Source: Catajapyx aquilonaris (taxonomy: Eukaryota). From it: 53,406 nucleotides of DNA. The notes beneath the pieces were generated by a model. The model did not search any database, was not told the DNA's origin, and saw only the letters and a list, made by a program, of their open reading frames with translations. Below, one piece after another: positions 24,661 to 36,800 of the stretch. The stretch is taken from assembly GCA_000934665.2 (NCBI GenBank), contig KZ538692.1, positions 1 to 53,406 on the forward strand, in the 5' to 3' direction. Position 1 is the stretch's first letter. Each line of letters starts with the position of its first letter. The position numbers were made by a program, and so were the translations under genes.

Positions 24661-24863
24661 TTACTTGTCATGTATAGTACCTCTTGTTGCACTCTTATGG
24701 ATTTGAAAAATATGGTACAGAGGTTTATTGCAGGGGTTGGGCAAAGTTTAGCAGAGAGAGAGAAGGGTTTTGCAACAACAAAAACCATTGGTTAGGTAAC
24801 TGATGCTTGTGTTGATTATGTACACTATAGGTAGAGCTCTCTGTTTCCTGTGTGTGTTATGTG

Positions 24864-25049
24864 CATGGTCGTAGAATAGTAAGGTCTGGACACTCCCCCT
24901 CTTATTGCCATAGGGGCCCGGCAGGGTGGTTTGCAGCAGGTGGCCATGTGATAGCGCTGTTCAGGTGCGAATTGACATTTGGCGACCCTACCAGACTGTT
25001 CTGAACTTAGGTAGAAGAGTTACCCTGGCCTTACTATTCTAAGACCATG
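24864..25049. mobile_element. Small TIR element
   Basis: CATGGTC.TAGAATAGTAAGG...CCTTACTATTCTAAGACCATG. Confidence 0.65.
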
Positions 25050-25264
25050 GTTATGTGAGATGATCAACTCCAGGATTTTAATTTTAAATAATGATTGCTC
25101 TTGGATGAGGAGAATTCTAAGGCAGGTGAAGGGGGCAATTGACCCACCTCTTTACAGTTGTACTATTACTGTAATGATACTACTAAAACTATGAAAAGTG
25201 TTTTGGTGTTCCCTGGTTATGCAGGATAAACATCACTAGTCTCTTCCCCAAGTACTGTGCTTTA

Positions 25265-25423
25265 GGCCGGGTCGCACCGGCTCCTGGAAAATTTGTATGG
25301 CCGAAGAAGAGCCCGGTTAGTTTGTTATTCATTGTTGTCAACAATTCTGTCAGCAATGAATAACGAACTATCCTGGCTCTTCTTCAGCCAGACAAATTTT
25401 CCGGAAGCCGGTGCAACCCAGCC
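25265..25423. mobile_element. PIF/Harbinger-type palindromic MITE
   Basis: TTA|GGCCGGGTCGCACCGGCT...AGCCGGTGCAACCCAGCC|TTA. Confidence 0.8.
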
Positions 25424-26579
25424 TTAGGGTGAAGAGAAACCTAGACAGGTAGGTTACAAATTCACTAACTTGAGCTGCTATTAATATTTGTTGATATGAG
25501 AGAAAAAGGTATTCAGTTGACATTTCAGTCAAATAGGGTTTTAGATAATCAGCACATGTGGCATGGCTGCTGATACTTTTGTGATGACAGTTCATTGATG
25601 AGAATTCAATTTCAATAATGTTTTTTGAAATCCAAGACCCTACCAGAAAGTGAAACACAAGAGTGGACCTTGTTAAAAACCTTCCTTGACCATTTTGCAT
25701 GTGGTGTGATAATCTTGTGCAAGTGAAACCCAGACACAGAAGACCCCAATTATCCACCCTTTGAATATCCGTCACCCTGGCATATCGACTGTCCCACTCC
25801 CTCGCTATGGACATTTTGTGGCTAAAGAAGTAGAGAGACTTAGCAGCAAAGGCTAGGATGTCATCTTTAAGACAGAAAAATACCACATACTTTTTTCACC
25901 TGCAATTTTGTTTTCTCATCAATACTGTAATGTACAGTACGGTACTATGTATTTTGTTTTATGTTGCCTCGTTAAATTGTAAATACAGTACAGTAGACTG
26001 TATGTAAAAGATCAACACTATTTGTTTAAAATACAGTATTTCATGTTTTTACATGTTTTTTGTTGTGTTTTATTTAAGTTTTTTTCCCTCTTCTTATTAT
26101 ATTATCCGACCTTTCTTGTGTGCTGATAATGTTCACCAGTCCTGTGGATGATGGATAATGGGGGGTCTACTGTAGGATATCTGATAATTTGTGCTGAAAT
26201 GATCTATTCCTTTTTTCAGGTAAGTATGGAGGTCATCCTCAACTGATAGCCTACCATACATTGCTGTTAAGAGGGCTATGGACCATTGTGACGTCACACT
26301 TCTAAAGCACTGGCATGCAGAGAAATGCTGTTTGGTTTACTCTCCATTCTGCCTCTTCTTACTACTCCCATTATATTTATTTATTTATGTATGGTATTTA
26401 TTTTTATTTAATTATATGATGGTGCATATATGACATGGTATGTGGGGGGGGGGGGGAGTGAAATATATTAATCAATACTGTACCCGCATGACACTGTTTT
26501 GGTATTAGTTTTACAGTAGGCCATACCCTTATACTAGTAGTGGGAGGGATAGAGTACCATTTATCATTGCATATACGTA

Positions 26580-27162
26580 CAGTAAAACTTCTATAAGTCG
26601 AACTTCCCTAAGTCTAAGTTCTCTATAAGTTAAAGAAAATGATGAGCTTGGTTGATCACAATTTAAAAGAATAGGAAATAAGCTTCCCTAACTCGAATTT
26701 CTATAACTCGAAATGCTGGCAGGGCCTTACGATGGGATAGCAATGCATTTTCAGTCTCCCTAAGTCGAAGTTCATGTTGGCGAGTACTGGAAATTTTCTC
26801 ATATCCGAGCCGAATGGTCGAGAGTAGGCCACGTGTACAGAAAGGCTCAATTTCCTGATCTCCATCTACCAGACGTTCCGAAAGAAGTGTTTGACTCAAT
26901 TGTGACAATTGAATCCTTGAATCTAAGAGTAGGTAAATGTCCATAATAGAGATTTTTTCTACAACAAAACAAAGAGGAACATTGTAAGTGTGATAGTGAG
27001 AGTTATTTTTGTGTTTTGAACACCTTTCGACGCTGGATATAATGGTACTCTTCCTTATAGAGTTATGTGCCTAAAAAATTCCAAACTTCTCTAACTCGAA
27101 TCTTCTATAACTGGAAGTTTTTTCCCGGTCCCATGGAGATTCGACTCATAGAAGTTTTACTG
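26580..27162. mobile_element. pogo/Tigger-like MITE
   Basis: TA|CAGTAAAACTTCTATAAGTCGAA...TTCGACTCATAGAAGTTTTACTG, with reiterated TAA(C/G)TCGAA subterminal motifs. Confidence 0.75.
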
Positions 27163-27328
27163 CATTTTAAAATTTGAACACCTGTGCCTGTGCAGCAATG
27201 AACTGTGTATTGGTTTGTAGCTCTGCCCAAGTGTCATCTGATGTGACAAAACCATTGAACAAACCTAGAAATGCAAGCTGGGAAACAAAAGAGGAAATGA
27301 CGATCCTCCCACCCCCATTGCCATAAAC

Positions 27329-28401
27329 CAGTGGTTGTCAAACTGGGGTATGCAAACGCAATTTTGGGGGTATGCGAAAGATATCGAGCAATGGCATCCA
27401 GTCTCTACATTTGTAGGAACCATATTATTCTGATTCAACAAAAATGCACCAACTTCTGAGAAAAAAAATGGTCCTACTCATTGCCATCTTTCTTTTTGCT
27501 ATTCTTATTTTAGTAGATATTTATTATATGCAGAGGCATTTTCTGACAGCTGCCATTTTCATTCAGCACATGCATTGAAACTCAAGAAGCAATATGGCAG
27601 TCGCAGTGTTAACTCAAAAATGCCAAAAAGTGGAGTTAAGTTCCTTTCATAATAGTTCCATTCTACCATTGCGCTTTGTGACGTTGAGAAGGATTTGAAA
27701 ATAAACTCTGCCTGCGCAGGCTGATCTACATGGCCTAAAAATTTTCGAGTCTCAACGAATGAAACAGAGGGCTTCAAGACATCACATTTCTTGTGCAAAA
27801 CAAAATCGAAGGAATGATAATATTATTTTAAAATCTGGTTTTGGGAATGTTGTGTAGCCTACAAGGTAGCAAATGCTTGCTTTCCAACACTCCAGGAATA
27901 ATTTCAAACCCCAAACCTTGAACCTTGAACCAGTGGAGGTCAGTGTCCCAGCAACATATTGGAGCACAATAATCAATTGGTGGAACAGTTGAGAAATTAT
28001 TTTGAAGGACATGCCAATCAATTGCATCAGGCGTTTGAGATTTCTTTACTCCTCCCGAAGCCTATCCGGGTCTGACAACCAGTGCAGTGCTGTGAAGTAG
28101 CCTACTTAATACAATTTGCTAACTGCCTAATTACATGTATGTGAAGCTTTTTTTTTTTTGCATTAACGTCCATGAAAACAAAGTACCGTCATCGACTCTG
28201 TGTTGGGAAAGATCTCAGGCTTAAATTGACGCCAATTATTGTCCCCGATATTAACCATAAGTTAGTGTGAAAGATAGCAAGCTCACCCATCATACTAACT
28301 GGTAAGTGCCCACAATTATTACTATTTTTTTCAAGTCGGAGTAGGGGTACAAACTGTCTTTGAAAAGGGGTACACGACATAAAAAAGTTTGAGAACCACT
28401 G
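27329..28401 (+). mobile_element. hAT (Buster/Charlie-like) deletion derivative with transposase C-terminal remnant
   Basis: TIRs CAGTGGTT.TCAAACT / AGTTTGAGAACCACTG; 8-bp TSD CCATAAAC/CCCTAAAC; about 28160-28300 encodes ALTSMKTKYRHRLCVGKDLRLKL...QAHPS. Confidence 0.85.
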
Positions 28402-29586
28402 CCCTAAACCATTTGATGTTCAACATGCTCATTTTTGTAGAACGCTTTTTTCTTTACAAAACCATTATTGGAAATCTTTACAAGAAAACCCTCTGTCATG
28501 AATAAATTTCATCATGGTTCATGATTTACTTTGATTGGATTGCTGTTGTCCATATGGTGACAACTTCTGGTGACTTCTTTTCTTGCCTAAGATTAAGGAA
28601 TTCTGGGGGGAAATATGAACTTTGGATATTTGAATATTATAAATCAGCAGCCATTTCATCAGATACCAGTACCTTCATGGAACCCTTTGTACTGTACAAT
28701 ACAAACCTGCAGAAGCCTGCGGTTCTCTGGGAGACCTTAAACGGCATGAACAAGGATAACCACAATGAGGGATTCTAATGAGGTTAATCAAGGATTAGGA
28801 GTTCTGTCTCACATTTCACATTGTTTAGGTCTTTAGGATGATTAGGATTGGGAGGGGGTGTAATATATTGTTGCAAATTTGTTACCCAACATCCTTCATA
28901 CATTCACATCATTTTATAATGTCATACTCTGTGGGTTATACCAGTCCTCCCTCACCACCCACCTTCCCCCTCCTGCTAATTTAATAGTTCCTTCCTGTCC
29001 ACCTCACCCTCTCCTCTCCTCTATGGGTCTTGACCCCGCGTCCTTCTTCCAACCAAGCTATCTACCCCTACCTTGACCCCCAGAGAGAGGGACACCATAA
29101 ATAGGAGGTGGACTGGTGGGCTCCCTCTTTTTCTGATGTTCTCACTATCCTTTGCCCTGATCAGGTCCTTCTTCCTTCATTCTCATACTCGCTGTATTTA
29201 TGTATCATAATATTGTAATATAGTAGTTTTAGCTCTGTAAAGGCTCAGGTATTATGCACCCAGTGACTTCTGCTCCAATCATCGCAGGAGTGATGATGAT
29301 GTGAGCGTAATAGTGCTGACCTCACTTCAGGTATTACATGGCAGTTTTTTATTGAAGCTACATGGTTGTACTTCTTTGCTCATGTCTGTAGAACAGGGTG
29401 TGAGCAGGGGTGACTGGGATTCAAGTAACTGATAGTTAAGGGGACGTTTTGACATCGTCAACACTTTTGTTGGCTTTTGCATTGTATTAAAACAATGTAG
29501 GTATTTTTTGCAACAGGGAACCAACCAACTCCACTGGTTATGTTGAAAAGGCAGATGCAAGCTGTACATCTTCATTTTACTCCCAG

Positions 29587-29766
29587 TGCATGTTCTGTTG
29601 GTGCTGTCGCCTTCTCAAGAGGCGCAAAAATCCGAAGACAAGTAGGAACCCACCTCCTGGAGTACCATTTAAGGAAACTTCATTCCATCAACTGACTGCC
29701 TTGAACATGGAAGAAGGCACACCATCCTCATCTACTACTTCAGATTCGGACCTCAATGCATTTTAA
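29587..29766 (+). CDS. Candidate terminal exon of a small Cys-rich/basic protein (59 codons)
   Basis: Acceptor TTCATTTTACTCCCAG followed by open frame CMFCWCCRLLKRRKNPKTSRNPPPGVPF...SDSDLNAF*; AATAAA at 29963 and 30043. No homology recognised. Confidence 0.35.
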   Translation, partial: CMFCWCCRLLKRRKNPKTSRNPPPGVPFKETSFHQLTALNMEEGTPSSSTTSDSDLNAF

Positions 29767-30273
29767 CTAATTGAAGGGTTCAATGTCTGTCTGTGAACTC
29801 AACTTTTCACAGTTTCATTATTGTCACTCAATAGTAAAATAATATACACATGTGTTTTGTAATGGATTGCCTCTTTGGGAAATACCCTTGATGGCATGTA
29901 ATTTTATAAATCATGGGAAATGTAACCATTTGAAAGGTAGAGACACTTGCATGTATTACAAGAATAAATAATTCATAAAAGCTACTTTACTGAACTGGCC
30001 AATCAGGAAGACTGCATTGCAAAAATATTCCCTTGCACATTGGAATAAAGATTTACTCTGAATATTGTCAAGAGCTAATAACTGCTCTTGATATTGTTCA
30101 TTCGTTGTAATGAATTGTTCTTGATATTGTTAAATGGGCTCTGCAATAGTAAATAGAAGTACCATATGATTAAGAACAGGTGTATGTATTTTCTATGGTT
30201 TTGCAATCAGTTCTTACAATCATTTGCATAAGTCGAATTTTGTTTTGACGATTTATGCAGGACCATAGCTAAA

Positions 30274-31567
30274 CTATGTGAAGAAAGAGAGTGCGCATGG
30301 GAAGCAGAAGACGCATAGCAGGCAAATCAGCCATGAATCATCATCATGCCTTTCGAATGTTCCTGGTGCTGCCCCAAATTCTACCACACCAGCCAGTGGG
30401 ATGAAGGGCTTCCTCTTGCTCATAGCCAACAAGTATGGGCTCTCCACTCCTACGGAAGAGACTTTCTTCTTGCGGAAAGTGATCACTGTTTGCTTCCTCC
30501 TGGCTGAATGATCAAGAGAAAATTAGAATGTATGTTAAACGAGGTCTTTGTCTACATTGCAACATTGTAAGTTGCTAAAAGTATGGTCAAAACTTACCTG
30601 GCTGCTTGCCGTGTGGGTTGTGTGGATATGCAGGTGATGGTTCACATCGAATGAACTTTCGAGTAGAACGATGGCGCATCCAATCAGCTCGCTTGGGAGC
30701 ACTTTTTATGATTGTCAGGGACTTCCACTTCTTTACGGGCTCATAGGGCTTCGCAGTCTTTGGAAGCTGTACAAATTTCCAGATTTTCGTTGTCTTCAAG
30801 CGCTTTGCGGACTGCAGGCGCTTCAAGGACGTTGCTTTCTTTGAACGCTTCCAGGGCCTTACCTTCTTTGAACGCTTCAAGGGCTTTGTAGTCTTTGAAC
30901 GCTTCAAGGGCTTTGTAGTCTTTGAACTCTTCAAGGGCTTTGTGGTCTTTGAACTCTTCAAGGGCTTTGAGGTCTTCGTCAAAGGCTTTGCGAGCGTGGT
31001 CAAAGGTTTTGTGGGCTTCAGCAAGGGCTTTGACGTCTTGGGACTCTTCAAGGACAGTGGAGTCTTCCGCAAGGTAGTTGAGGTATTTGAGGACGTTGAG
31101 GACTTAACAAGATTGGAGGCTGATGAGCTTTTTTGGGGATCTGTGGGCATCAGAGTATTTGGAGCAGGTGGAGTGCTTGGTGTCTTTGATTCCTTAGTAG
31201 ACTTCGGGGTCTCTATGAACGTCAGAATCGGCGAGGGCTCTGAGCTGTATGGTGAGGTTATTGTAATATCTGGAACCTCTTGGATAGTTGGTTCAGATAT
31301 CGCAACTTTCTTGGGCTTGTGGACACCTGGTAACTCAGAAGTGGAACCACCAGCCTTTTTCCCAGCGGTCAGTGATAGAGAAGATGGTGTTTTCTTCAGT
31401 GATATATCACTACTAATTCCACCAACAGACACGGATTTAGATGGTTTCTTCTGACTTGATGGCGCACCTACTGAGGTAGCACTAGGCGATGGACTAACTG
31501 ACCTAGTAGAAGAAGGACTGCCGCCATCATCTGACGTAGTCAGTTTGACGGGTGGCTTAGGCCCCAT
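30274..31567 (-). CDS. Uncharacterised Lys/Ser/Thr/Pro-rich protein with Cys-rich hydrophobic C-terminus; exons 31567-30598 and 30503-30274 (399 aa; may have an upstream exon)
   Basis: 970-nt open exon, donor CAG|GTAAGT, 94-nt intron and a phase-1-compatible acceptor join the two ORFs; a further acceptor (TTCAAACAG) lies about 22 nt upstream of the ATG. Confidence 0.7.
30810..30975 (-). repeat. 27-bp coding tandem repeat (KPLK[S/R]SKTT-like units)
   Basis: TTTGAAC(G/T)CTTCAAGGGCTTTGT(A/G)GTC repeated about 5-6 times with degeneration. Confidence 0.85.
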
Positions 31568-31802
31568 TTTGGTGGAGATTGTAGCCTCCCTGTTTGAACG
31601 AAAATTTGTTGATAGTGTAAATAAGAAATAATATTACGGTTTGCTTGACAACAAGTTAATTGTTGACAATAATTGCTCAGAAAGTATCGGGGAGAGGAGA
31701 CGGGAGGGGCTGTTTTTATGAGAGGTAACAATATTATATACATGTTGGTCACATATTATCCAAGCCATCCCATGATGGCTGCGGCCACTGGCTTTATTAA
31801 CT

Positions 31803-31936
31803 TCAAGGGGGTAATCACTCGACTGAAAAGTGTACACCGGAGTACCAAATTCAAGGAGTACCAAGGAGTACCAAAGGAGTACCGAAGAGTACCACTGCAG
31901 GTGTACACCGGAGTACCGAAGTGATTACCCCCTTGA
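31803..31936. mobile_element. Small TIR element with internal GAGTACC reiterations
   Basis: TCAAGGGGGTAATCACT...AGTGATTACCCCCTTGA, with six GAGTACC copies inside. Confidence 0.7.
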
Positions 31937-32336
31937 TTAACTTATATTTGGATATTGGGATTCACAGACTATAGAGTAAGTTGTTGAGTTGCCTCAAGAC
32001 ACAGTGCCCCATCAGATGACCTTCAGCAATGAAACACCTTGTATACAAAGTGGTGCAAATAGCCCTTATGATAGAGCCTACTGATGGCACTATATAATTT
32101 TGCTTGACAGGTTAGACGAATATATTGCTGGACGAGAAACGGCCGTAGCGAAAGCGTGGACGAGAATGCGCGACCAATTATTATTATTCTCGAACCTCAT
32201 TCGTCCGTGGACTCTACGGACCATTCACACTTTCGCTAAGGCCATTTCTCACGAGTTTGGAAACAGTTTTACCATAATCTAGCGCAAAGAACTTGCTATA
32301 CGCACTTAGATGTACAGTTGTGATTTTTGCATTATA

Positions 32337-32423
32337 CAGGGTGATCCAAAAGTCTGCATATTGTTGGTTGCCAGTTGTTCACCAACAATACAACCTATGT
32401 GCACAGACTTTTGGGTCACCCTG
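32337..32423. mobile_element. 87-bp Tc1/mariner-type MITE
   Basis: TA|CAGGGTGATCCAAAAGTCTG...CAGACTTTTGGGTCACCCTG|TA. Confidence 0.8.
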
Positions 32424-32441
32424 TATCATATTTAACCATAA

Positions 32442-32743
32442 AGGTGCGTTTACATGTGAGGGCCGTTTTCTCGAACAGTGGTTCAAATGTAAACCAGGTT
32501 CAAAGCCAGTTTAATCCCTGATTTGATTGTTGTTAGGTTGTTGTCAAGGGTTTAAATCGGCTTTGAACCGGGTTTACATTTGAACCAGTGTTCGAGAAAA
32601 CGGCCCTGAGAGATTTGATGAGCGAAATCTTCGCCGAGGCTGAAATTAACAATCGATTTTCGCCTCAAACAATATTGGTTACTTGGATTACTCAGCCTCG
32701 GCAAAGATTTCGCTCGTCAAATCGCTCACATGTAAACGCACCT
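32442..32743. mobile_element. Palindromic Harbinger-like MITE containing a nested palindromic MITE (32460-32606)
   Basis: Outer TIR AGGTGCGTTTACATGTGA / TCACATGTAAACGCACCT; inner GGGCCGTTTTCTCGAAC / GTTCGAGAAAACGGCCC with TGA duplicated. Confidence 0.85.
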
Positions 32744-33842
32744 GAGTACTCTACATCACACCTAAGACCTAACTGATACCGTACAGAAAATAGCTGACGT
32801 TTCAGAAAAGAATTTCGAATCTCTGAAACGCACTTCTGACTTCAGGATTCGAACCCGGTTACTGCTGGATTATTGGGGAAGTGAGTTTTTTTTTTTCCAA
32901 CCCTGCACTGCGCCATTGATTGGCTCTCTGCTGAAGTTAATTGGCATTTTATACCGCAAGGGGGTGGCTATATACTCCTTTCGGAGCTTGCATTACGAAG
33001 CCTCTGAATTGACTGTACCTTTACATGACGCTATGTGGACGTTGAGGCTGAACAAAGGCACCCAGATTTGATCAGTTCGAATTAGTCAACAAGCGTGTCT
33101 CCATGTCAACGTCATTTCCATTATTATTAGTACCTATCGACCCATATGCGTCGGTGTATTGACCCTGTTTAGCTCCTTGGTGGCTGTGTGAATGGCTCCT
33201 AATAGTTTTCAATTCAATAATAATAATTGTAGTTTATGAAGTGTTTAAGTTCAATCAGATATGTTGCCTTGTTGAGGTCCTGGGAATCTCCCACGGAAAT
33301 AGTTTGGAAATCAATAGCGAAAATGTGCATTTTGGCGCATGTTTCCGCAGTGGAAGAGTAAATAGAAGTCAAACTGGAACATGAGAGGCCAGTCTGCACA
33401 TGAGGTGGGGTCCGGGAGTCCTCCTCAGAACATTTTTGCATTGCTCCTTCCTATTAGCGGGCTAATTTAACTAGCATGCTTCAGCCATATCGACTCAGGA
33501 GTAGCAATATGCAATATACAGTATGCTGGGTCACCATTGAAGCATAGTTGAGAACCGATCGCCTTAATATCGGATAAATGTACAGCCCATATCATATGCT
33601 AGTTGAAACTCGCATAATCATATGCTCAGAAATAAGTGATTGGTCGAGCAATTTCGCGAGCTTTGATCTGGCTGGTCAAGGCACTTGAGTTATGTACGTT
33701 GAAGAGTAGAGAGATGCAAGAAGTCGAAGTGAGATAGGGCAGCAGTGAGCGCATGACAAGAAGTGGGGGCAGTTGACGTCGACGGCGGAGGGTGAGTGGG
33801 AGGGTGGGGTGGTGGGTGGAGAGGAGGGTGTCGTGGGGGGTG

Positions 33843-36800
33843 ATGGTGGGGGATGGGAGTAGCAGCATCCGGAGAGGATCAAAAGGAGTGTTGCGTCGGC
33901 GGGCGGTGGCGGTGGCAGTGGAGGTGGGTCAGGTAGAAGCAGCGGCAGCAGCCTGCAGGAAGAGACCGGCAGCAGCCTGCTGGAACAAGGAGATAGTCAA
34001 TCGGGAGGGCTGTTGGTCCTGCTGGTCCTCACCATCACCATCATCGTCGTGGTGGGTCCTCCAGCCAGAAGTGACGGGTGGGCGTCGGCGCAGCACCAAA
34101 CGGCGGGCATCGTCTCCGCCCCCTGCACCCTCGCCCCACCAGCATCACCATCAGCAGCTGCAACCGTTACCACCACACCATCCTCAACAGACTGGTTCGC
34201 CCCGGGTTCAGAACCATCCTCTGCCCCCACTACCTCCTCCACCGCCCGCCAGGACTCTTCAACATGCCTCCCCGTACGTGACTCTATCATGCCAGTGTCG
34301 TCATGCATTGTTGTGATCTTCCTTTGACCTCAGGGTGGAAGAGGTTCAAAGGCCGCTACGAGTGGACTGCAGCGTGGAGTACGACCTTCCCCAGGTGATC
34401 GCACCGCCTGGAGGAGCCGCCCCACTTCTTATGATACACCCGGCATATCTCCTCCGACGGCCACGACGACGCCCCAGACGCCAACACCAGCCGGAACCGG
34501 ACATCTCCAGCATCCCCCCTCAGCACCATCATTTGTCATCTACGCTACCACCTCTCCCACACCTTCCACTACCAATACCTCTCCAGCTGGCAGGTGGCAT
34601 ACCCCCACAAGAGCAAGTTCCTTTTCAGGCCGACGGTGAGTACATACGTCCATCTTTTGCATGTCCACCTCAATCTTTGCAAAGGATTGTTCTGGGTCAG
34701 AGTTGCTATGACGACCGGTCCATACCCACCCTCCCACTGACTCCATGTTGCCAAGTTGCAACTTTTTTTTTTTCAACTCCCACGAGTCATAATACAGAGT
34801 TGATCATTCTGGTTTGGGGGGTCTATGTATTTTACCATCCGTTTTGTCTGCGTGGACGAATTTCTCCGGCATTCTTCCGGAGCAATCTGTTCCTCTCCAT
34901 CTCTTATTCCCTTGTGAGGGTCTGAATTATTGAGACCCGAAATATAGACGAGAAAGGCGGGATAAACTCTACGAGAAGGGTTGTCGGCGATGGCGTCACA
35001 GCGAGCAACGCCCCGATATCGACTTTCTGGTTCCTCTGCCGGGAAATTAGGCTCCGGACTCAAGATGAAAAGGGGAGGCGGGGGGGATGGGGGGATGGAG
35101 GGGAAGTGCAGGGGCAGGTAATAGCTGGGTGAAACCAGAACAACCACTCAATTTATTTATACCGCCTCCTTTTTTTTTGAGCACATTTGTGCATTTGACT
35201 AATGAAGTACAGAGTTGTACATTGGCACTAACATATGGCGATATACTACTTTTTATATATGCATACCGGTACTAGTACAATGTGCAAGCAATATATGGGT
35301 TCATTAATAAAAATTAATTAAGAAACAATATGTTCATATGCGGAAGTGTGGTATTACTACATAGGTGGTCATTTTGAGTGTAATTCAAATTAATGTCCAA
35401 ATGACATGGGGAGATGGGGATGGGTGATGGTGGGGTGTGGGTGGGTTAGGCCACGGGAATCGATCCCTGGACTGGGATATGGTCCGGTTGCCTTAGCGAC
35501 GCCGGCGCTTTTTCGGCAAGACTCGTCAGTTGTTTGGGGCAAGCCTGGAGTGAAAATCATTCGCAGGCGCTCTCAAAAATTCTCATCTCCGTCGCAGTAG
35601 AATACAGTATATACATTGCACTCTGGTGCGGGAAGAAACATGATTGTGCTCTGATATAGAGGAAACGAAGATGGGAATGTCACAGGAATAGTATTGGTTG
35701 CATTTCGGAGGAATATAAACAAGAACCTCCCGTTTATTGCAGCAAAGATATACCGTACTGCGCAATATACAACTTTGTACTCTTGGTCCTGATATGATAT
35801 TGCTCCACTGCAGAGTAAGTTTGAGTTGTAACCATCAGACTGCGTTAGCAACTCCATTCAGTTTTACTGGCAGTGTACGTATACTTCTGTCACAAAAAAA
35901 ACCCCATTCAACTGTGTGCTGCACTGTAAGCGCACGTTATAGCAGCTGTGTGTACAGTCATACTATACTTACGGTTGGAAAGCATTAAACTACGAGTTTA
36001 AAGTTTCATTGATGACACGGCGGAAATTTAAATGTGTAGTAAATTTGGGGAAAAAAAACAACAAAGATACCGTAGTCATTTAAAAAAGAAGCCTGTCTTA
36101 TGCTTGAATTTTTAACTGCCTGGGCCAATCCCTATGGTATTAATGCAATTCTGTTTATATGCGTGATTGTCGATTGTGGCACCTTCCCCTGCAATCGAAC
36201 ATAAAGTAGAGATAGCCTACTATATCCCATAAAAAGTTTTGGCCAGGCATACTCTGGCGCTATAGGGAACCATCTGCACTTTTGTGTGGTTTCCCCACAG
36301 ACTTTACCTGATTGTTACATCGCGCCAGGTTACGTCTAACCAAAACTTTTTTTTTGGCAGATAGTAGACTACATATTGGTGCAGGTCACCGACAATAATG
36401 ATCCCCCACCTATATTTCTTCTTCGTTATCAACCTTATACCCCATCTATTTCACCTTCCAGCATCAACATGAAGGGGAAAATGTAGGAGACAGATCACAA
36501 CAATAAAGCAGTGTACTGTAGGCCTACTTTCACAATCTCTCGTACGACAGTGGGGCCAGGGCATATTAAGAAGCAAACAAACAAGGAGACGTGATAGAGG
36601 TATCAAAAATGCTATGAGACAGTGGGACCACCTACAGCTGCTTACAGTTAGCCTTACGATTGATAAGATTGTGCAGTCGTCACCAGTGTTTAACGACACT
36701 TCAGCTATCTTTCAATTGTAAATGTGTGTTCCTCTATCTGCCATGTTTCATGACCCCGTAACGTTACTTTTCCGTTCCTGAACGCCAGCGCACACCAGTA

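Noticed and set aside
30942..31454. 170-aa hydrophobic + strand ORF
   Set aside because: Antisense shadow of the Lys/Pro/Thr-rich repeat gene; no ATG start or independent splice support.
31835..31920. CRISPR-like repeat array
   Set aside because: Repeats are only 7-8 nt with very short or irregular spacers, inside a TIR element in a eukaryote with no cas genes.
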